Below are positions 7,054 to 17,179 of a DNA stretch of 64,000 bases, piece by piece. The stretch comes from Rhodospirillaceae bacterium (lineage in GTDB: Bacteria; Pseudomonadota; Alphaproteobacteria; Rhodospirillales; UBA2165). Made by a program: the position numbers and the translations under genes. The stretch is from NCBI GenBank assembly GCA_018674495.1, contig JABHAA010000026.1:84075-148074 (forward strand). The letters are read 5' to 3'. Under the pieces are notes generated by a model. It was given only the letters and a program-made list of their open reading frames with translations. It ran no database searches and was not told the DNA's origin. Positions within the stretch are counted from its first letter, which is position 1, and every line of letters starts with the position of its first letter.

Positions 7054-9258
7054 CTATTTGGCGGCAATTTCTTCCAGCTTGATGACCGCAATCTCAGTGC
7101 CGGCAATCAGGGTAAGATTGATGCGTTCGAATTCGCTTGGCAGTTCGAGAGCATAGCGGACGCAGCGCGCCTCGCTTTGACTCACGCTCAGGCGCGCGCC
7201 GCCAACCGATACCGAGCCCTTTGGGGCGGATTTCAGCGAAGCGAAACAGGTTCGGATGCGGATATTACCGCTTACCGGAGCGGGTAAAATTATGCGCGGA
7301 TCGGCGGACCCGCCATAGCCGGCGTCTTGGCGATAGGATTTGACCAGGCGACGTCCATCGGAATATTCGATCTCAAATGTTGTGCCGAACTGATTTTCAA
7401 TATTGCCTTCGCCGCGAGCCGCGAGCTTGATGAAGCGCGCCGGATTCAGATTATTTCGAAACAACAATGTCTTGGCATCGGAAAGCCGCCGGGCAAGGAA
7501 ATCCCAGTCGCCATCCTCGTCGATGTCGATCCAACCCAGCGGATAGATGGTTCCGCTGGCGGATCCTGAAATGGCCGGCAACAGATCCATCAATTTTCCC
7601 TGATGAAAGCTCAACAGTCGCCCAGGCTGCGCCGTAAGTATGTCGCCCCGGCCGTTAAAGTCGAAATCCTTGGCCCGCAGATAGGTGTTGAACCCATAGA
7701 AATGCCGCTCTGATTCCACCACCCGTTTAAAGGGCCTGGCACGCTCGCCGGTGCCCAAAAACAGTTGCAGATAAAATTTTGGCATATGAACGCCAACGCC
7801 GTGATAATTCAGGATAAAGTCCATAATGCCATCGCCATTGACGTCTTCCAGCAATCCGCCTTCATCAATCCGCGTCGGCATGTCACATACGATTTCAGGG
7901 AGTTGATCGCCACAAACCTGTCGGAATTTTCCGTCTTCATTGCGAAACAAAAAGCCATAGGCAAACAAATCGATATCGCCATCGCCATCGAAATCGCCGA
8001 TGTCGGATCCTTCGGAATAAACCGCGCCCGGCGACCAATTCAACAGATTTAGCGCCTGATCGGAAAAGGTGCCATCGGCGTTTTCCACATACAGTTTGTT
8101 CTCGGAATATCTCGGGTGGGGATATCCCGACCAAATTATGTCCAGCCGCCCATCGCTATTGGCATCGAAAAACAAAAGCGGCTCCAGCTTCCGGTACATT
8201 TGGGGTGCCCCATCAGGAAACAATTTTGCCGTGACGTTCTTCCAATTGTCCAAGTTAATCTGGCGGAACACCTGCCCCTTGATGGCCGGCTTCGATACGG
8301 GATACCAAAAGAGCTTCTTCAAGTAGCCATTTTCAAATGCCGATTCCGGATTGGGCCCGAAATTCGCGACGACCAAATCTAGTCGACCGTCCCGATCTAG
8401 ATCAGAAAAGTTGAAGCTGCCCAGTGTGTCCGACTTTAATACATCCAGGAAATTGGCCTTTTTGATCAGAACTCCCTTTTTGTTCAACCACAACCCTATC
8501 TCTCTAGATTCGTCGAAACCCACAAGGTCGTAATAGCCGTTGCCGTCTATATCGATAATACTCTGAACGGTAGTCCTCAGATCCAATTCTTCAATGCTGA
8601 ACAAGTCCGTCCGCATCCGCGCCGAACTTGGTACTTCGGATCCATTCCTTTGGGTTGTCTTGTCAGGATTGTCCGCAGAATAGGTCGCCTCTTTGGCGGT
8701 AGGCATCCGCGCCGCATCATACCTCTCTTCCACAGTCAAGTTACGACCGAATATGTTGAACATGGCTATATAGAAAGCGACAATACCGGTGCCGAGAAGC
8801 AAGCCCTTGAACGGCGATGCAACTGCTGGAAACACCCCGGTGGGCGGATTACTGAATTTAACCAGAGCCAATAAATAATAGAAAAACGGATAGACGCTGG
8901 CGTAAATCAGCGCAAAGACAACGCCCACCAGCAATCCACGGGGGTCCGTGGGAAAAAACGGTTGATGCAGCAAGGCAGATACGGGAATCGCCGCCACAGC
9001 CGCCAACAAAAAGCGCAAAATTCCCACTTCCCGCCCACGTAACCGGATAAAGAAAATTGCGCAGACGAGTAGAAGCGCCACCAAGTAAAACGGAAGCATA
9101 TCGAGCAGATAAATCGATAATTGCCTAATTTTATACGAGCCTGGAAATATTTCCCAAATTCGAAATTTAGAGGAAAAATGGGCAAAAAAGTATAATGCCA
9201 GCGCGGCCCCAGATGCCAATCCGTGCACAATTGCAGTGCCTGTTATTTTTCTAAACAT
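7054..9258 (-). CDS. CRTAC1-family protein: polytopic N-terminal membrane domain + FG-GAP/VCBS repeats + ASPIC/UnbV domain
   Basis: 734 aa. About 6 hydrophobic helices fill the first ~190 aa. These are followed by repeated Ca-binding-type D.DGDG..D motifs (DIDGNGYYD, DLDRDGRLD, DANSDGRLD, DFDGDGDID, DVNGDGIMD, DIDEDGDWD). The C-terminal GTTFEIEYSDGRRLVKSYRQDAGYGGSADP resembles ASPIC/UnbV. Confidence 0.7.
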   Translation of the reverse strand: MFRKITGTAIVHGLASGAALALYFFAHFSSKFRIWEIFPGSYKIRQLSIYLLDMLPFYLVALLLVCAIFFIRLRGREVGILRFLLAAVAAIPVSALLHQPFFPTDPRGLLVGVVFALIYASVYPFFYYLLALVKFSNPPTGVFPAVASPFKGLLLGTGIVAFYIAMFNIFGRNLTVEERYDAARMPTAKEATYSADNPDKTTQRNGSEVPSSARMRTDLFSIEELDLRTTVQSIIDIDGNGYYDLVGFDESREIGLWLNKKGVLIKKANFLDVLKSDTLGSFNFSDLDRDGRLDLVVANFGPNPESAFENGYLKKLFWYPVSKPAIKGQVFRQINLDNWKNVTAKLFPDGAPQMYRKLEPLLFFDANSDGRLDIIWSGYPHPRYSENKLYVENADGTFSDQALNLLNWSPGAVYSEGSDIGDFDGDGDIDLFAYGFLFRNEDGKFRQVCGDQLPEIVCDMPTRIDEGGLLEDVNGDGIMDFILNYHGVGVHMPKFYLQLFLGTGERARPFKRVVESERHFYGFNTYLRAKDFDFNGRGDILTAQPGRLLSFHQGKLMDLLPAISGSASGTIYPLGWIDIDEDGDWDFLARRLSDAKTLLFRNNLNPARFIKLAARGEGNIENQFGTTFEIEYSDGRRLVKSYRQDAGYGGSADPRIILPAPVSGNIRIRTCFASLKSAPKGSVSVGGARLSVSQSEARCVRYALELPSEFERINLTLIAGTEIAVIKLEEIAAK

Positions 9259-9464
9259 GTGTTGCTAGCTAATAGTTGAGGCATGGCAGGTTACAAACTT
9301 CATGCCGCTGATTTGGCTATCTTTGGTAGCAGGTTACCCCCTTTTCGGCAATATCGCCATCCCGGCAATATATGAATCCGCAGTCTTCAAATTGACTATA
9401 AACCAACTACCATGTATTGGGCGTTGTTCACGGACGCCCGAAACAACGGATAAGTCTGAAACGA

Positions 9465-11714
9465 ATGTCCCATCCACGTCAGTGCAAAATCTCTGCATGG
9501 GTATTGTTCCTGTTCGTCATTCTGTATGGCGCTCTCTACCTGAGCCGGGCTTATGATCCCCATTGGTCCTTCACCGGCGATACATCCAATGGCGTGGGTT
9601 TAATGGCGCACCAGATATCAGCCTTTCACCGGGGTGAGTATCCGGCATGGAACCCCTTGGTGCGAACCGGCCAGCGGGAACCGGTGTTCCATGTCATTCT
9701 GACCGGCAATCCCATATTCAATTTCTCGGCCCTGTTATCCTTCGCCGCCAACGCCCGCGATATGGTGTTCGCATGGGCCCAGGCATTGTATTTGTTCGCC
9801 ATATTCTACGTGGCCGGTATATATGTTTTGCTTCGATATTTAACCGGCAGCCCTTGGGCTGGCACCTTTGGCGGTATATTGGCGATCGGCTCATCGTCAT
9901 CGGTTTTTATAAATTTACATTTTGAATTTATCTTGATCGTGCATGCCATACCCTGGCTGATTTATGGATTTGTTGCTTATTGGCGTAAAGGGCACTTGCG
10001 GTATCTGTTTATTATCGCCATCGCATCCATCGCGTTTCTGCACGGCTATGAATTTGTGATGGGGCTTCTTTTCCTTCTGTTCCTGTTGATAGGGTTGGGT
10101 TTATTTCATGGATTCGGGAGTGGCAAGCTTGCGGCCGGGCTGGGCCGTATCAAACAACTTCCAGTTACCCATATATCCATTGGCGCGGTACTGGCGCTGA
10201 TCCTCTTGGTGCCCAATCTGTTTCTATTTGTTGAGTTTCTGGAACAGCTGGCTTTAACCCGTCTGGCTAACTTGAATGTAACCGAAAATTTTGGGCTTAC
10301 GTTCGACAAAATTTCGACGGCCACCTTTATTGATTACGCGTTTCGGCCCAAATTCTGGATTAGTTTGTTTTCGGGCGCCGTTTTCACAGATTTTAACGAG
10401 CTCCAATACCTTGTAGGTGCGTTGGTCCCGGCCTTGGCGGGAACGGCTATTCTCTCGCCAAAATATCGAAAACCAGCCCTAATTTTTACCTTCGCCGGTC
10501 TGATGATATTTTTGAGCAATATCTATCCGCTCCGAATTTTATTGGGGTTTTTTCCCTTTTCGCTCATCCATAATGGTGGATTTCTCTATCAGCTGGCGCT
10601 ATTCGCCATGGTTATCGTCGCCTCACTGGGGTTTGCAGCAATTTATGACAGCCCGGCGCGGCAATGGTTTGGGCGGCTGGCGATTTTATTCCTGGTCTTT
10701 CTCGCCCTATGGCTCGGCGCGCAATTCATTTTCAGCCCATTGGACCGCTCGCACAATGTGCTTCTGATCCTGGCGGGCGGCGCTGCCACCATCTCAATGA
10801 TCGCGACAGTTAAATGGGTCGCGACGGAGCGGCTCGGTTTGGTCATGACGGTAATCGCTTCGCTTTACACAGGGCTGGCATTGGCGGCTTATGACCGGCT
10901 TCCCATAGCCGGCGCATATCTGGAAGATGCCGAAGCCTATGCCGCATATCGGTACAGGGACGGCCACGGCCTGATCTTCAAGCATACGCGGCCAAAAGAA
11001 ATCGAAGTAATTCCAACTCAACCGCAAAAAATACCGGCAGATTTTACCGAAAACCTGCAGCATGAATTTTCATCGTTCCTGACCCGGCGCGACAATTCCT
11101 ATTTGCCATCCACGCTGCCGCAACCGGCGGCGTTTCCCCAGGAGATTCCTTACTTTTTATTCCGGTCCCTGGCCGGGCACGAAGGATATCTGGCGGGTAA
11201 ATTTCATTTCGCGACGCGTGCCCTGACGTCGTCCGATCGCTCGGACATGTCCCTGTTCAATGGAAATTCAACGCTTCTAGGTGATATTCGAAATGCCGGC
11301 GTGGCTGTCGTCGATAGGGTCGCCGGCAAGACAGCCAATTATGGAAATCTCACCGCCGCTAATTTGAAAAAGGCGCTCGACGGAGCGGCGAAAGCGCAAG
11401 TCCAGGTCCAGGCCCAGGTGGTGGACTACAATGCGAACAGTGCCCGATTCAAGGTCGCGTCGGAATCAGCGGGACTTTTGATCTATACGGACCTGTGGAA
11501 TTCGGGTTGGCGGGTTTCCGTGAATGGCCAACCGGCGCCGCTGATCAAGGCCTTTCACACGTTCAAGGCCGTCGAGATTGGCGCCGGTGTCAGCGATGTG
11601 CTGTTCGAATATCGGAGCCGGGCGCATGATGCGCTGGTTCTAATGAACATTACATGGCTGCTACTGGTTCTTGTGCTGGGGCTGATATTGCTTCGGCGCA
11701 AAGCGCAATATTGA
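9465..11714 (+). CDS. YfhO-like polytopic membrane protein (GT-C-type glycosyltransferase candidate)
   Basis: The ORF runs 9417-11714 with its first ATG at 9465. About 14 hydrophobic segments precede a C-terminal extracytoplasmic domain ending WNSGWRVSVNGQPAPLIKAFHTFKAVEIGAGVSDVLFEY and a final TM helix, as in the YfhO family. Confidence 0.55.
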   Translation: MSHPRQCKISAWVLFLFVILYGALYLSRAYDPHWSFTGDTSNGVGLMAHQISAFHRGEYPAWNPLVRTGQREPVFHVILTGNPIFNFSALLSFAANARDMVFAWAQALYLFAIFYVAGIYVLLRYLTGSPWAGTFGGILAIGSSSSVFINLHFEFILIVHAIPWLIYGFVAYWRKGHLRYLFIIAIASIAFLHGYEFVMGLLFLLFLLIGLGLFHGFGSGKLAAGLGRIKQLPVTHISIGAVLALILLVPNLFLFVEFLEQLALTRLANLNVTENFGLTFDKISTATFIDYAFRPKFWISLFSGAVFTDFNELQYLVGALVPALAGTAILSPKYRKPALIFTFAGLMIFLSNIYPLRILLGFFPFSLIHNGGFLYQLALFAMVIVASLGFAAIYDSPARQWFGRLAILFLVFLALWLGAQFIFSPLDRSHNVLLILAGGAATISMIATVKWVATERLGLVMTVIASLYTGLALAAYDRLPIAGAYLEDAEAYAAYRYRDGHGLIFKHTRPKEIEVIPTQPQKIPADFTENLQHEFSSFLTRRDNSYLPSTLPQPAAFPQEIPYFLFRSLAGHEGYLAGKFHFATRALTSSDRSDMSLFNGNSTLLGDIRNAGVAVVDRVAGKTANYGNLTAANLKKALDGAAKAQVQVQAQVVDYNANSARFKVASESAGLLIYTDLWNSGWRVSVNGQPAPLIKAFHTFKAVEIGAGVSDVLFEYRSRAHDALVLMNITWLLLVLVLGLILLRRKAQY

Positions 11715-11717
11715 ACG

Positions 11718-12584
11718 TCACCGGTCTCGGCAAAGTGTCAGCACGGTAATCTCCGCCGGCGCATTGAAGCGCACGGGTAATATCGAGACTCCGGCGCCGC
11801 GGCTGGTGAAACCAAGCATATTACCGATCTTCCACGCCCCGACATCACGGATTGCGCCATCATGCAAGTTCAAGTTCAAAGGGTGCCCGCCCGGCAGGGC
11901 CACTTGGCCGCCATGGGTATGGCCACAGAGGTAAAGTCCGTAACCGGCCGCCTCCGCTTCGTTTTCAATTCCAGGCGAATGCACCAGCGCAATTTTAAAA
12001 CCTTGCGGCGTGTCTTTAAGCACCCCGGACGCAGCCGGCGTATAATAAGAATGCACATCGTCTAATCCGGTTATAAAAATTTGGCTATTCCCACGGGCTA
12101 GACTTACCGTCTCATTGACCAGGAAGGTTACTCCCAATTTTTCCAAGGCCGGAATGAGCCGGAGACTGTCGTGATTTCCGAGAATGGCAAAGATGCCGTC
12201 GGGCGCGGTGATATGCGGCAAAAGCCGTTCGACAGAAGCTACCGGCTGATCCAACTGGTAAACATGGCGGCCCTGGATATCACCGGTAATTACGCATAGA
12301 TCAGCGGCAACATTTTTTGCAATTTTGCAAATCGCGTCGTCGATGCCCGCTATCGTATCGAAATGTGGATCACTGATTTGCAGCAATCTGTATCCGTCGA
12401 ATTCTTCCGGCAAATGCTCAAAGCTAAGATCAATCTCGGTCAGCTTTATATTCAGCGCATTTCGAGTACCAAGTTTTATAATTCCAGTGACGCGCAAGAG
12501 GCCAAGAAACACCCAATAGCCAAAGCCCAGCAGGCTGTGGCGCCACATGGGCAGAGAATGTTCGCGGCTGCGCGCTTCCTCCAC
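11718..12584 (-). CDS. Calcineurin-like metallophosphoesterase, membrane-anchored
   Basis: 288 aa with motifs ISDPHFD, GDIQG, LGNHD and CGHTHGGQV, plus an N-terminal hydrophobic helix. Confidence 0.8.
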   Translation of the reverse strand: MEEARSREHSLPMWRHSLLGFGYWVFLGLLRVTGIIKLGTRNALNIKLTEIDLSFEHLPEEFDGYRLLQISDPHFDTIAGIDDAICKIAKNVAADLCVITGDIQGRHVYQLDQPVASVERLLPHITAPDGIFAILGNHDSLRLIPALEKLGVTFLVNETVSLARGNSQIFITGLDDVHSYYTPAASGVLKDTPQGFKIALVHSPGIENEAEAAGYGLYLCGHTHGGQVALPGGHPLNLNLHDGAIRDVGAWKIGNMLGFTSRGAGVSILPVRFNAPAEITVLTLCRDR

Positions 12585-12681
12585 TTTGGCGCGCGCCGCC
12601 AGCCACTCTTCTCTCCGGCCATCCGAATGAGGCGAATTGCGTGGTTCTATAATCGCTGTCTGCCTGGCGGGTTCCGTGACC

Positions 12682-13668
12682 TTAATTTTCGAGATCCAAA
12701 TTTTGATTGGCGCCGGTTACGCCTTTTTTCTCATGAACAAAAAATTTGCGCATATATTTTTTAAAGCCGAAATCGTGGTCGCTTAAATGAATGTTCTGCC
12801 CCTTCTCCCAGGCAACATAGGCCGATTTCAACCAGCGTTGATCTTCGACCATGGCCAGATGGCGGATCACGCTTTTGAAGGCGACGGTGGCTATCAATCT
12901 GATAATCGGGTTGGGATGGTAGCTGTTGATGGTGATGGTATATTGGGAAACTTGGTGGCTGATCGGGCGGACGAAAATCTGCCACTGCGCCTTGGCGACC
13001 ACATCGTGATATTCGCTGCAAAAGGGGTGGACGGTAACCTCGACCTGGTTTTCGTTGATCCGGTATTTGAAATGCTTTTCATCCTCGCTGAGGATTTCCG
13101 GCGTATAACTCGTTTTCAACGGGTTCTTGCGGCCAAAAAATTTCCGGTAGAGTCCATAGAAATCATAAAAATAGGTGTGATAGGCATGATGGGGAAAGTC
13201 CATGGAACTGTTCATGGCCAGATAGAACGGCACCTCATAGGGAACCGAATTGATCAGACAGCGCTCGGGAATTTCATCGAGAATGAAAGATTTGGCCCGC
13301 TCAAATCCATCCGCCGATCCCGGGTAAACGAATACCATATTGCCGCGCGAATAGGTCTGATAGGACTGCAGGGCGCAATCTGGCTTGTTGCGGGCGAGCG
13401 GCGCATCAAGCAGCGCGCCGTCTTTTAAATCGAACGTCCAGCCATGGAAACCGCAACTAACCTTGCCGCCGGTTATTTTGCCTTGATCCAGCGGCAATCC
13501 GTAATGGGGGCAGAAATTTTGATAGCATTTCGGATCACCATCGTTCCAAAAAAGGATGAGATCCCGGCCCCAAAGGGTAAAGGCGTACAACGATTGACGT
13601 TTCAATGCGGAACGGGTGATAATTCCGTATAAAAATTTGGCATAATCGTCTTTGCTGAAATTAAACAT
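12682..13668 (-). CDS. Rieske [2Fe-2S] domain non-haem oxygenase-like protein
   Basis: 328 aa with Rieske ligands CPHYG...(17 aa)...CGFHGW (CxH...CxxH) in the N-terminal domain and a catalytic-type C-terminal domain of unknown specificity. Confidence 0.75.
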   Translation of the reverse strand: MFNFSKDDYAKFLYGIITRSALKRQSLYAFTLWGRDLILFWNDGDPKCYQNFCPHYGLPLDQGKITGGKVSCGFHGWTFDLKDGALLDAPLARNKPDCALQSYQTYSRGNMVFVYPGSADGFERAKSFILDEIPERCLINSVPYEVPFYLAMNSSMDFPHHAYHTYFYDFYGLYRKFFGRKNPLKTSYTPEILSEDEKHFKYRINENQVEVTVHPFCSEYHDVVAKAQWQIFVRPISHQVSQYTITINSYHPNPIIRLIATVAFKSVIRHLAMVEDQRWLKSAYVAWEKGQNIHLSDHDFGFKKYMRKFFVHEKKGVTGANQNLDLEN

Positions 13669-13701
13669 CGCGGGTTTCTTTTATTAGATGCTAGGCCGCA
13701 T

Positions 13702-14724
13702 TTAATTGTTGAGGAGCGCGTTTGATCGCACCATATCCGATACCAGTTTGCCTGTCTTGTGCGCCACCGCAATATATCCTGTATATAATGGCGCCGTAAC
13801 GCTGACATGGTCGAGCTTGGCCCGGTACAGGAGCGCAAGCGCGCGCTCGAACCCAATGAGCCCAAGGATACGCGCGACAGGCATCGACTGCCTGTCGGTT
13901 TTCAATTCATCGATCGTCATTCCGTTGGTCGCACAATATTGGCGCACAAGGTCTGCAGTGTATATTGTTCCCGCAGACAAACGGTATACATAAAAACGCG
14001 AAGCAAGAAGGCGCGATAGCCAACGGGTATAATCCGCAAAATTAAAATAAAACATACCGCCCGGCTTGAGATTCCTCGCGATATTGGCGAACACCAACGA
14101 TGGATTTACAAAGTTGGACAATGTTGCAAAACACGTAATCGCATCGAATTGCCTATTGTCTCCCCACTGTCCTTCAAAATCTGCCACGGTTACATTAGCG
14201 CCAAAGGATTTACGCCCGTAATCGACCATGGTCGACGAGATGTCGATCCCCTCGGCTTTGAAACCATGGGCATTCAGAACATCCACAAACACCCCGTCAG
14301 AACAGCCGATATCCATTATTCTGGCTCCTTCGGGGAGCTCTTTTGATAGTCTTTTGGCGCGAACGGCGGCATTGATGCGGCGCAAAGGCTCTTCCTGAAT
14401 ATAGGAATCATAATTGACGAAGTCCTTATCCGCTTCGTCGCCGTCCGTTACATTGCTGAATTCCCAATATTCCTGCGACTCATAGACATGCGCGCGGGCT
14501 TCCTTGCTGAGCGAAGGGTTTTGAAATATTAAACCACAGTCATCGCAGCGGGAAAACTGGATCAGAAACCCCGCCATGCGGAAGGAATGGATTTCTTTAA
14601 GGTTTGAGCTGGAGCAAAAATCGCAACTGCGGTCGATAAAATCGAATTTGCCTGGGTCCAAAGAAACAAACGCGCGGCGCCCGCCGGCCGGGTCACCGCC
14701 AACATCACCAATATCACTACACAT
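13702..14724 (-). CDS. Class I SAM-dependent methyltransferase with N-terminal Cys4 zinc-ribbon-like segment
   Basis: 340 aa. CDFC...(24 aa)...CDDC, then SAM motif I IMDIGCSDG and an acidic residue after beta-2 (EGIDIS). Confidence 0.75.
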   Translation of the reverse strand: MCSDIGDVGGDPAGGRRAFVSLDPGKFDFIDRSCDFCSSSNLKEIHSFRMAGFLIQFSRCDDCGLIFQNPSLSKEARAHVYESQEYWEFSNVTDGDEADKDFVNYDSYIQEEPLRRINAAVRAKRLSKELPEGARIMDIGCSDGVFVDVLNAHGFKAEGIDISSTMVDYGRKSFGANVTVADFEGQWGDNRQFDAITCFATLSNFVNPSLVFANIARNLKPGGMFYFNFADYTRWLSRLLASRFYVYRLSAGTIYTADLVRQYCATNGMTIDELKTDRQSMPVARILGLIGFERALALLYRAKLDHVSVTAPLYTGYIAVAHKTGKLVSDMVRSNALLNN

Positions 14725-14726
14725 AA

Positions 14727-16454
14727 TTACTCGGCGGCCACGGAATTGCTGATTTCATGCTCTTCTTGGGGGCTGGCGGCCATAGATGCGAACCCATCAA
14801 CCACTTTTTCGCCAAGCAGGCCATCGGCGGGCAGCCTGAATTGCTTTTCAACCAATGGGAATTTTTTGTGCCTTTTGAACAGGCTAAGGTGATATTTCGG
14901 ATCCAGCCGCTTCTTAAGCCACCAAATATAATTTTTTACATAGGTGGTCGCATCCGTATCGCGGGTCGCAATGGCAATGTCCAGAAGACTTATGAATAAA
15001 CGAAACGGCCCCATCCAGAAGATATTATAGGCCTTCCATTTCAGGAGAAGACGCTTGGAATTAGGCGAAAGAAAGCTCATCAGCCGCAGCATAACCCGGT
15101 AACCGTTCAAAAGCCGGAGACGGTCTTTGTCCAAGCCGACGGAGCCGCCGCTCATGTAGTTGTCATGAAAACCGTTGTCGATGCGGTCTACTTCATCAAT
15201 GTGAATTTCGCCTGCAGCCAAGCCGTGCTCGATCATTTCCGTTCCGGGCATATATTGCAGCATAAACGGCGCGATCCGGTAGCAATGCTTGAGCGGCACC
15301 AGAAACTCCGCAAACTCCATCAGTTCCACCTTGATGGAAGCCAGGGATTCTTCCGGCGTCGGCGGGCGGGTTGATCCGTCGGCCTCGCGAACGGGTAGCC
15401 TTGGAATCCCGAGGATATAATCAAACGCATAATCTTGGCCGACACTTTCAAGAATATCCGCTGCCGCGCGTATCTCATCATTGGTGTCGGGCCGGTTGAG
15501 AATGGTATTACGAATTTCCTCGTTCCAACATTCCACGCCGATCTGAATGGCAAAGCATCCTGCATCATGCATGGCACGAACCGCCCGCTCGCTCACCAGT
15601 TTCGGGTGCAGGAAGCAGCGGAATGGAACGCCGACTTCGCTCTTATATTTTGTGAAAAATTCTTCCATCCATTTCGCACTGCATGCCATGACGGGCTGGC
15701 GAAAATCAACCCAGGCTGAATTGTATTTTTCAACATGGACTTTCAGCTCGGCGATTAGAGAATCGACGGATCGTTCGCGCACGCGCGGACCCTTCAATTG
15801 GCGCGCATCCTCGGCCAGAAATGACAGAGAGCAGAAATTACAGGCGTAGGGGCAGCCACGGGACGGGCACGACAAATAGGAATTTTTCAACGGAACGTGC
15901 GGCGCAAACAATTCCTTATCGACCGGCGGCAATACATCCAAATCAGCAATCAACGGTCGGCGCGGTGTCTTGATAATCTCGTCATTTTCAAGCCGATACC
16001 AAATATTGGGTATGGTGTAGTCGATTTTCCCCGCTTCAATGCTATCGGCCAATTCGACGATGGCAAAGTCGCCTTCGCCCAGGCACACCATATCGACCGC
16101 GCCATCATCTTCGTTCAGAACCGCATCCGGCGCGGAATGGGGATGAATACCGCCAAAAATTACCGGCACGCTATAGTGCTTCTTCAGCTCCGCCGCTATA
16201 AGACGCATTTCGCGGTATTGAACCGTCTGCACATGGAAGCCGACCAGATCAGGTTTCAATTCGATAATATATTGGATCAGCTTCTTGCGCTGATCCAGAA
16301 GCTTCGCCGCCCAATCGATTTTGATGTAATTCTTGTCGTCGAACAAAGCCTGATCATAGGCCAGCTCAACTTCGTGCCCGCTCTCTTTGAGCTTCGCCGA
16401 TAAAGCCTGTAGGGCGATATTTTCCCAACCGATTGCGACCAGAACGCACTTCAT
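14727..16454 (-). CDS. B12-binding-domain radical SAM enzyme (class B), paralogue 1
   Basis: 575 aa. N-terminal Rossmann-like domain with VIFGGIHPHSAPD, then SRGCPYACNFCS (CxxxCxxC). Confidence 0.85.
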   Translation of the reverse strand: MKCVLVAIGWENIALQALSAKLKESGHEVELAYDQALFDDKNYIKIDWAAKLLDQRKKLIQYIIELKPDLVGFHVQTVQYREMRLIAAELKKHYSVPVIFGGIHPHSAPDAVLNEDDGAVDMVCLGEGDFAIVELADSIEAGKIDYTIPNIWYRLENDEIIKTPRRPLIADLDVLPPVDKELFAPHVPLKNSYLSCPSRGCPYACNFCSLSFLAEDARQLKGPRVRERSVDSLIAELKVHVEKYNSAWVDFRQPVMACSAKWMEEFFTKYKSEVGVPFRCFLHPKLVSERAVRAMHDAGCFAIQIGVECWNEEIRNTILNRPDTNDEIRAAADILESVGQDYAFDYILGIPRLPVREADGSTRPPTPEESLASIKVELMEFAEFLVPLKHCYRIAPFMLQYMPGTEMIEHGLAAGEIHIDEVDRIDNGFHDNYMSGGSVGLDKDRLRLLNGYRVMLRLMSFLSPNSKRLLLKWKAYNIFWMGPFRLFISLLDIAIATRDTDATTYVKNYIWWLKKRLDPKYHLSLFKRHKKFPLVEKQFRLPADGLLGEKVVDGFASMAASPQEEHEISNSVAAE

Positions 16455-17179
16455 GATCTTGTTCTCCGACGCGAGTGAATTTTCACGAAAAAATCAATCA
16501 TATCCCAAAATGTCCGCCACATCGTCCCATAGCGCGCCGAAGTTGGAATTCCATACATCCGGCGCCGCATTTGTGATGGTACCTCGGCAATAATTAACTT
16601 TTTATGCCGTGCTTTGACTAACAATTCAACCAGAAAGAAAATGCCAGTATATTCAATACTTATTCCGCCTCCGACAAATATTTCGCGGCGATAGGCTTGA
16701 ATCCAATTTACATCCGAAACACCAATATTGAATAAAATCGGGACCAGTATTCGATTGTAAATAAATGAAGCCGCATGGGCGACCGGATGATAGCCAACCC
16801 GCTCAACGCGCACGCCAACAACGATGTCGCAGATGCTCATCCTCGGGAGGTAAATTTCCAGCTCTTCCTTGGTGAGCGGATTATCGACGGGCATCAGGAT
16901 TATGAAATCTTTGGTCGCGTGGCCAGTGCCGGTTCGAAAGGCGCCGCCGATACCTTGGTTGGCGGAATGGTGAATGACGGTGATTGATGGCTCATTTTCG
17001 GTAAGGCTATCCGCGATGGCGCCGGTGGTGTCGATGCTGCAATCATTGACAATGACAATTTCCGATTCGATGCGAAGCGCCAACAAGGTTTCGCGAATGA
17101 TGGAAACTGCCTTCTCCAGAGTTTGCTCTTCGTTGTAGGCAGGAATCAGGATCGTGATTGAAGGATGGTGATCAACCAT
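16451..17179 (-). CDS. GT2-family glycosyltransferase, polyprenyl-phosphate sugar synthase (DPM1/GtrB/ArnC) type
   Basis: 242 aa with ITILIPAYNEE, VNDCSIDTT (DxD-type) and MPVDNP. Overlaps the rSAM gene by 4 nt. Confidence 0.8.
   Translation of the reverse strand: MVDHHPSITILIPAYNEEQTLEKAVSIIRETLLALRIESEIVIVNDCSIDTTGAIADSLTENEPSITVIHHSANQGIGGAFRTGTGHATKDFIILMPVDNPLTKEELEIYLPRMSICDIVVGVRVERVGYHPVAHAASFIYNRILVPILFNIGVSDVNWIQAYRREIFVGGGISIEYTGIFFLVELLVKARHKKLIIAEVPSQMRRRMYGIPTSARYGTMWRTFWDMIDFFVKIHSRRRTRS

Noticed and set aside
11711-11719. TGAACGTCA, a ninth-tenths match to the operator/-35 motif, at the YfhO-like / phosphoesterase junction
   Set aside because: There is no partner half-site (GTTCA) upstream. 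The sequence is simply two convergent stop codons (TGA…TCA) 3 nt apart, so no promoter function is plausible.
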